NCBI GenBank assembly: GCA_949358305.1 | Contig: OX442314.1 | Coordinates: forward strand, 26,970,001-27,034,000 | From: Strigamia acuminata | Lineage: Eukaryota | Length of the DNA: 64,000 nucleotides | Reading direction: 5' to 3' | Part shown: piece by piece, positions 62,591 through 64,000 of the stretch | Numbering within the stretch: position 1 is the stretch's first letter | Layout: the number at the start of each line of letters is the position of its first letter | The notes under the pieces: generated by a model | Told to the model about the DNA's origin: nothing | The model's input: only the letters and a program-made list of their open reading frames with translations | Database searches by the model: none | Position numbers and translations under genes: made by a program

Positions 62591-63012
62591 TTAGCGCTTT
62601 GTTGCAGAAATTTTTTGAGGAACGGGCTGTACGATAATTCCAGATTGACATACAGTTGTTATTATCTGTTCGGAAGTAAATGAAAATTGTTGGAATAGAG
62701 TGGTAAAATAAAGAAATAGTTGCATTCGGGCCAGTGGTTCTCCAATACATTGCCTCTTACCTGTATGAAAAAAAAACACTGCTCAGTAATAAAACAACTG
62801 AGATTTGTAAATTATATTTGTTTACCAATGGAAAAAGGAATCAACTCCTCCACGTGTTTAACTTTGTTATCCTCACTAAGAAAGCGTTCTGGTTTGAAAA
62901 GTTCGGGTTCTGGAAACAACTTTGGATCGTTATGAATTGACCATACATTGGCAAGTATAGTTGTCTTCTTTGGAACAAAATAACCAGCTAGAGTTGCATC
63001 TTCACTTGAACT
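62591..63012 (-). CDS. Second CYP2-clan P450 (tandem duplicate), last two exons; the rest lies beyond the window
   Basis: Nearly identical to 53798-54219, including the intron; PERF and PFSIGKRQCIG motifs. Confidence 0.9.
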
Positions 63013-63089
63013 AGAAATTAATATAGAATTCTATAGCAACATCTATTAAAAATTCAGAGGGGGCCAGTATGTGCCGCAACATAGAACTA

Positions 63090-63895
63090 CCGGGTGGCCC
63101 ACATAAAAGAGGCCTGACAATGCGAGGAGGGTTACCACGGGAGTCTAAAGAAATGTATGTATTGTTCAATTAAATATATACAGACTATTAATCGTTAGTT
63201 GTGTGTAGTATTTGTTTCATTAAAGTTTCTGGTGCAGTTTTTACCGCTCTTTCGTTTGGTGTTTAGTTTTTGACGATCCGAGCCTGCGTTCTCGAGATAT
63301 TTGCGATTTTAATGAATTTGTGTCCCCATTCACCAGGTTTGATTGCACTAGTCATTCCTGAATTTCAGATTGTGGTACTTTTTGAATTTTTTCAGCTTGA
63401 CTTTGCAGGTTTTGTGCAATTTTGCTAGATTTTGTAAAAGTTTGCTAGATTATGTAAATTTTTGCAAAGTTTTGTAAAGTTTTGTTAGATTTTGTAAATT
63501 TTTGCTTGATTTTGTAAAATTTTGCTACATTTGAGAAATTTTATCTAAAGTAAAGTGGTATGGTACGAAAAGTACTGTATATCTGTACCAGTACCGCTGC
63601 AGAAATCCACACAATCTAAAATTCTGGTATGACTACAGTAGTGCAATCAAACTTGGCAAATTAGGACGAACATTTATTTAAAACGCAAATATCTTGAGAA
63701 TAAAGCTCGAATCGTTAAAAACTAAACACCAAACGAAAGAGCGGAAAAAACTGCACCAGAAACATTAATGAAACAATACTAACCGCCACTAATGATTAAT
63801 ATACAGTATATTTAATTGAACAATACATACATTTTTTTAGACTTCCGTGGTAACCCTCCTTGCATTGTCGGGTCGCTTTTATGTGGGCCACCCGG
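63090..63895. mobile_element. Tc1/mariner-type MITE in an intron of CYP copy 2
   Basis: TA TSD; TIRs of about 220 bp starting ccgggtggcccacataaaag. Confidence 0.9.
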
Positions 63896-64000
63896 TACGT
63901 GGGGTGGGCGTTATTCATTCTGTTTTATTGTCATTTCAATTTCGACTTGTAATTAACTGTCACCAATTGGGACTGGCAAGAGCACAGGCAGGGAGTGTTG

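Overview
AT-rich invertebrate (probably arthropod) genomic DNA with short GT-AG introns and many transposon insertions. The left half is a tandem cluster of divergent DEG/ENaC channel genes on the minus strand. It is broken up by a 7.55-kb foldback/Mutator-like element (9-bp TSD, 54-bp arrays), a four-level nest of TEs and a 5'-truncated Copia pol. The right half holds OSBPL9, a thimet oligopeptidase/neurolysin gene with a head-to-head inverted pseudogene, an SLC22 transporter, a divergent Cys-loop anion channel and tandem CYP2-clan P450s. The main finding is two complete DEG/ENaC subunit coding units in one reading frame and one shared exon, separated only by TAA-AAT-AAA-ATG (26201-26212). 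This points to a natural concatenated two-subunit channel gene (nonsense allele or readthrough) or a dicistronic unit. Gene models and alignments were read by eye; no database searches were run.
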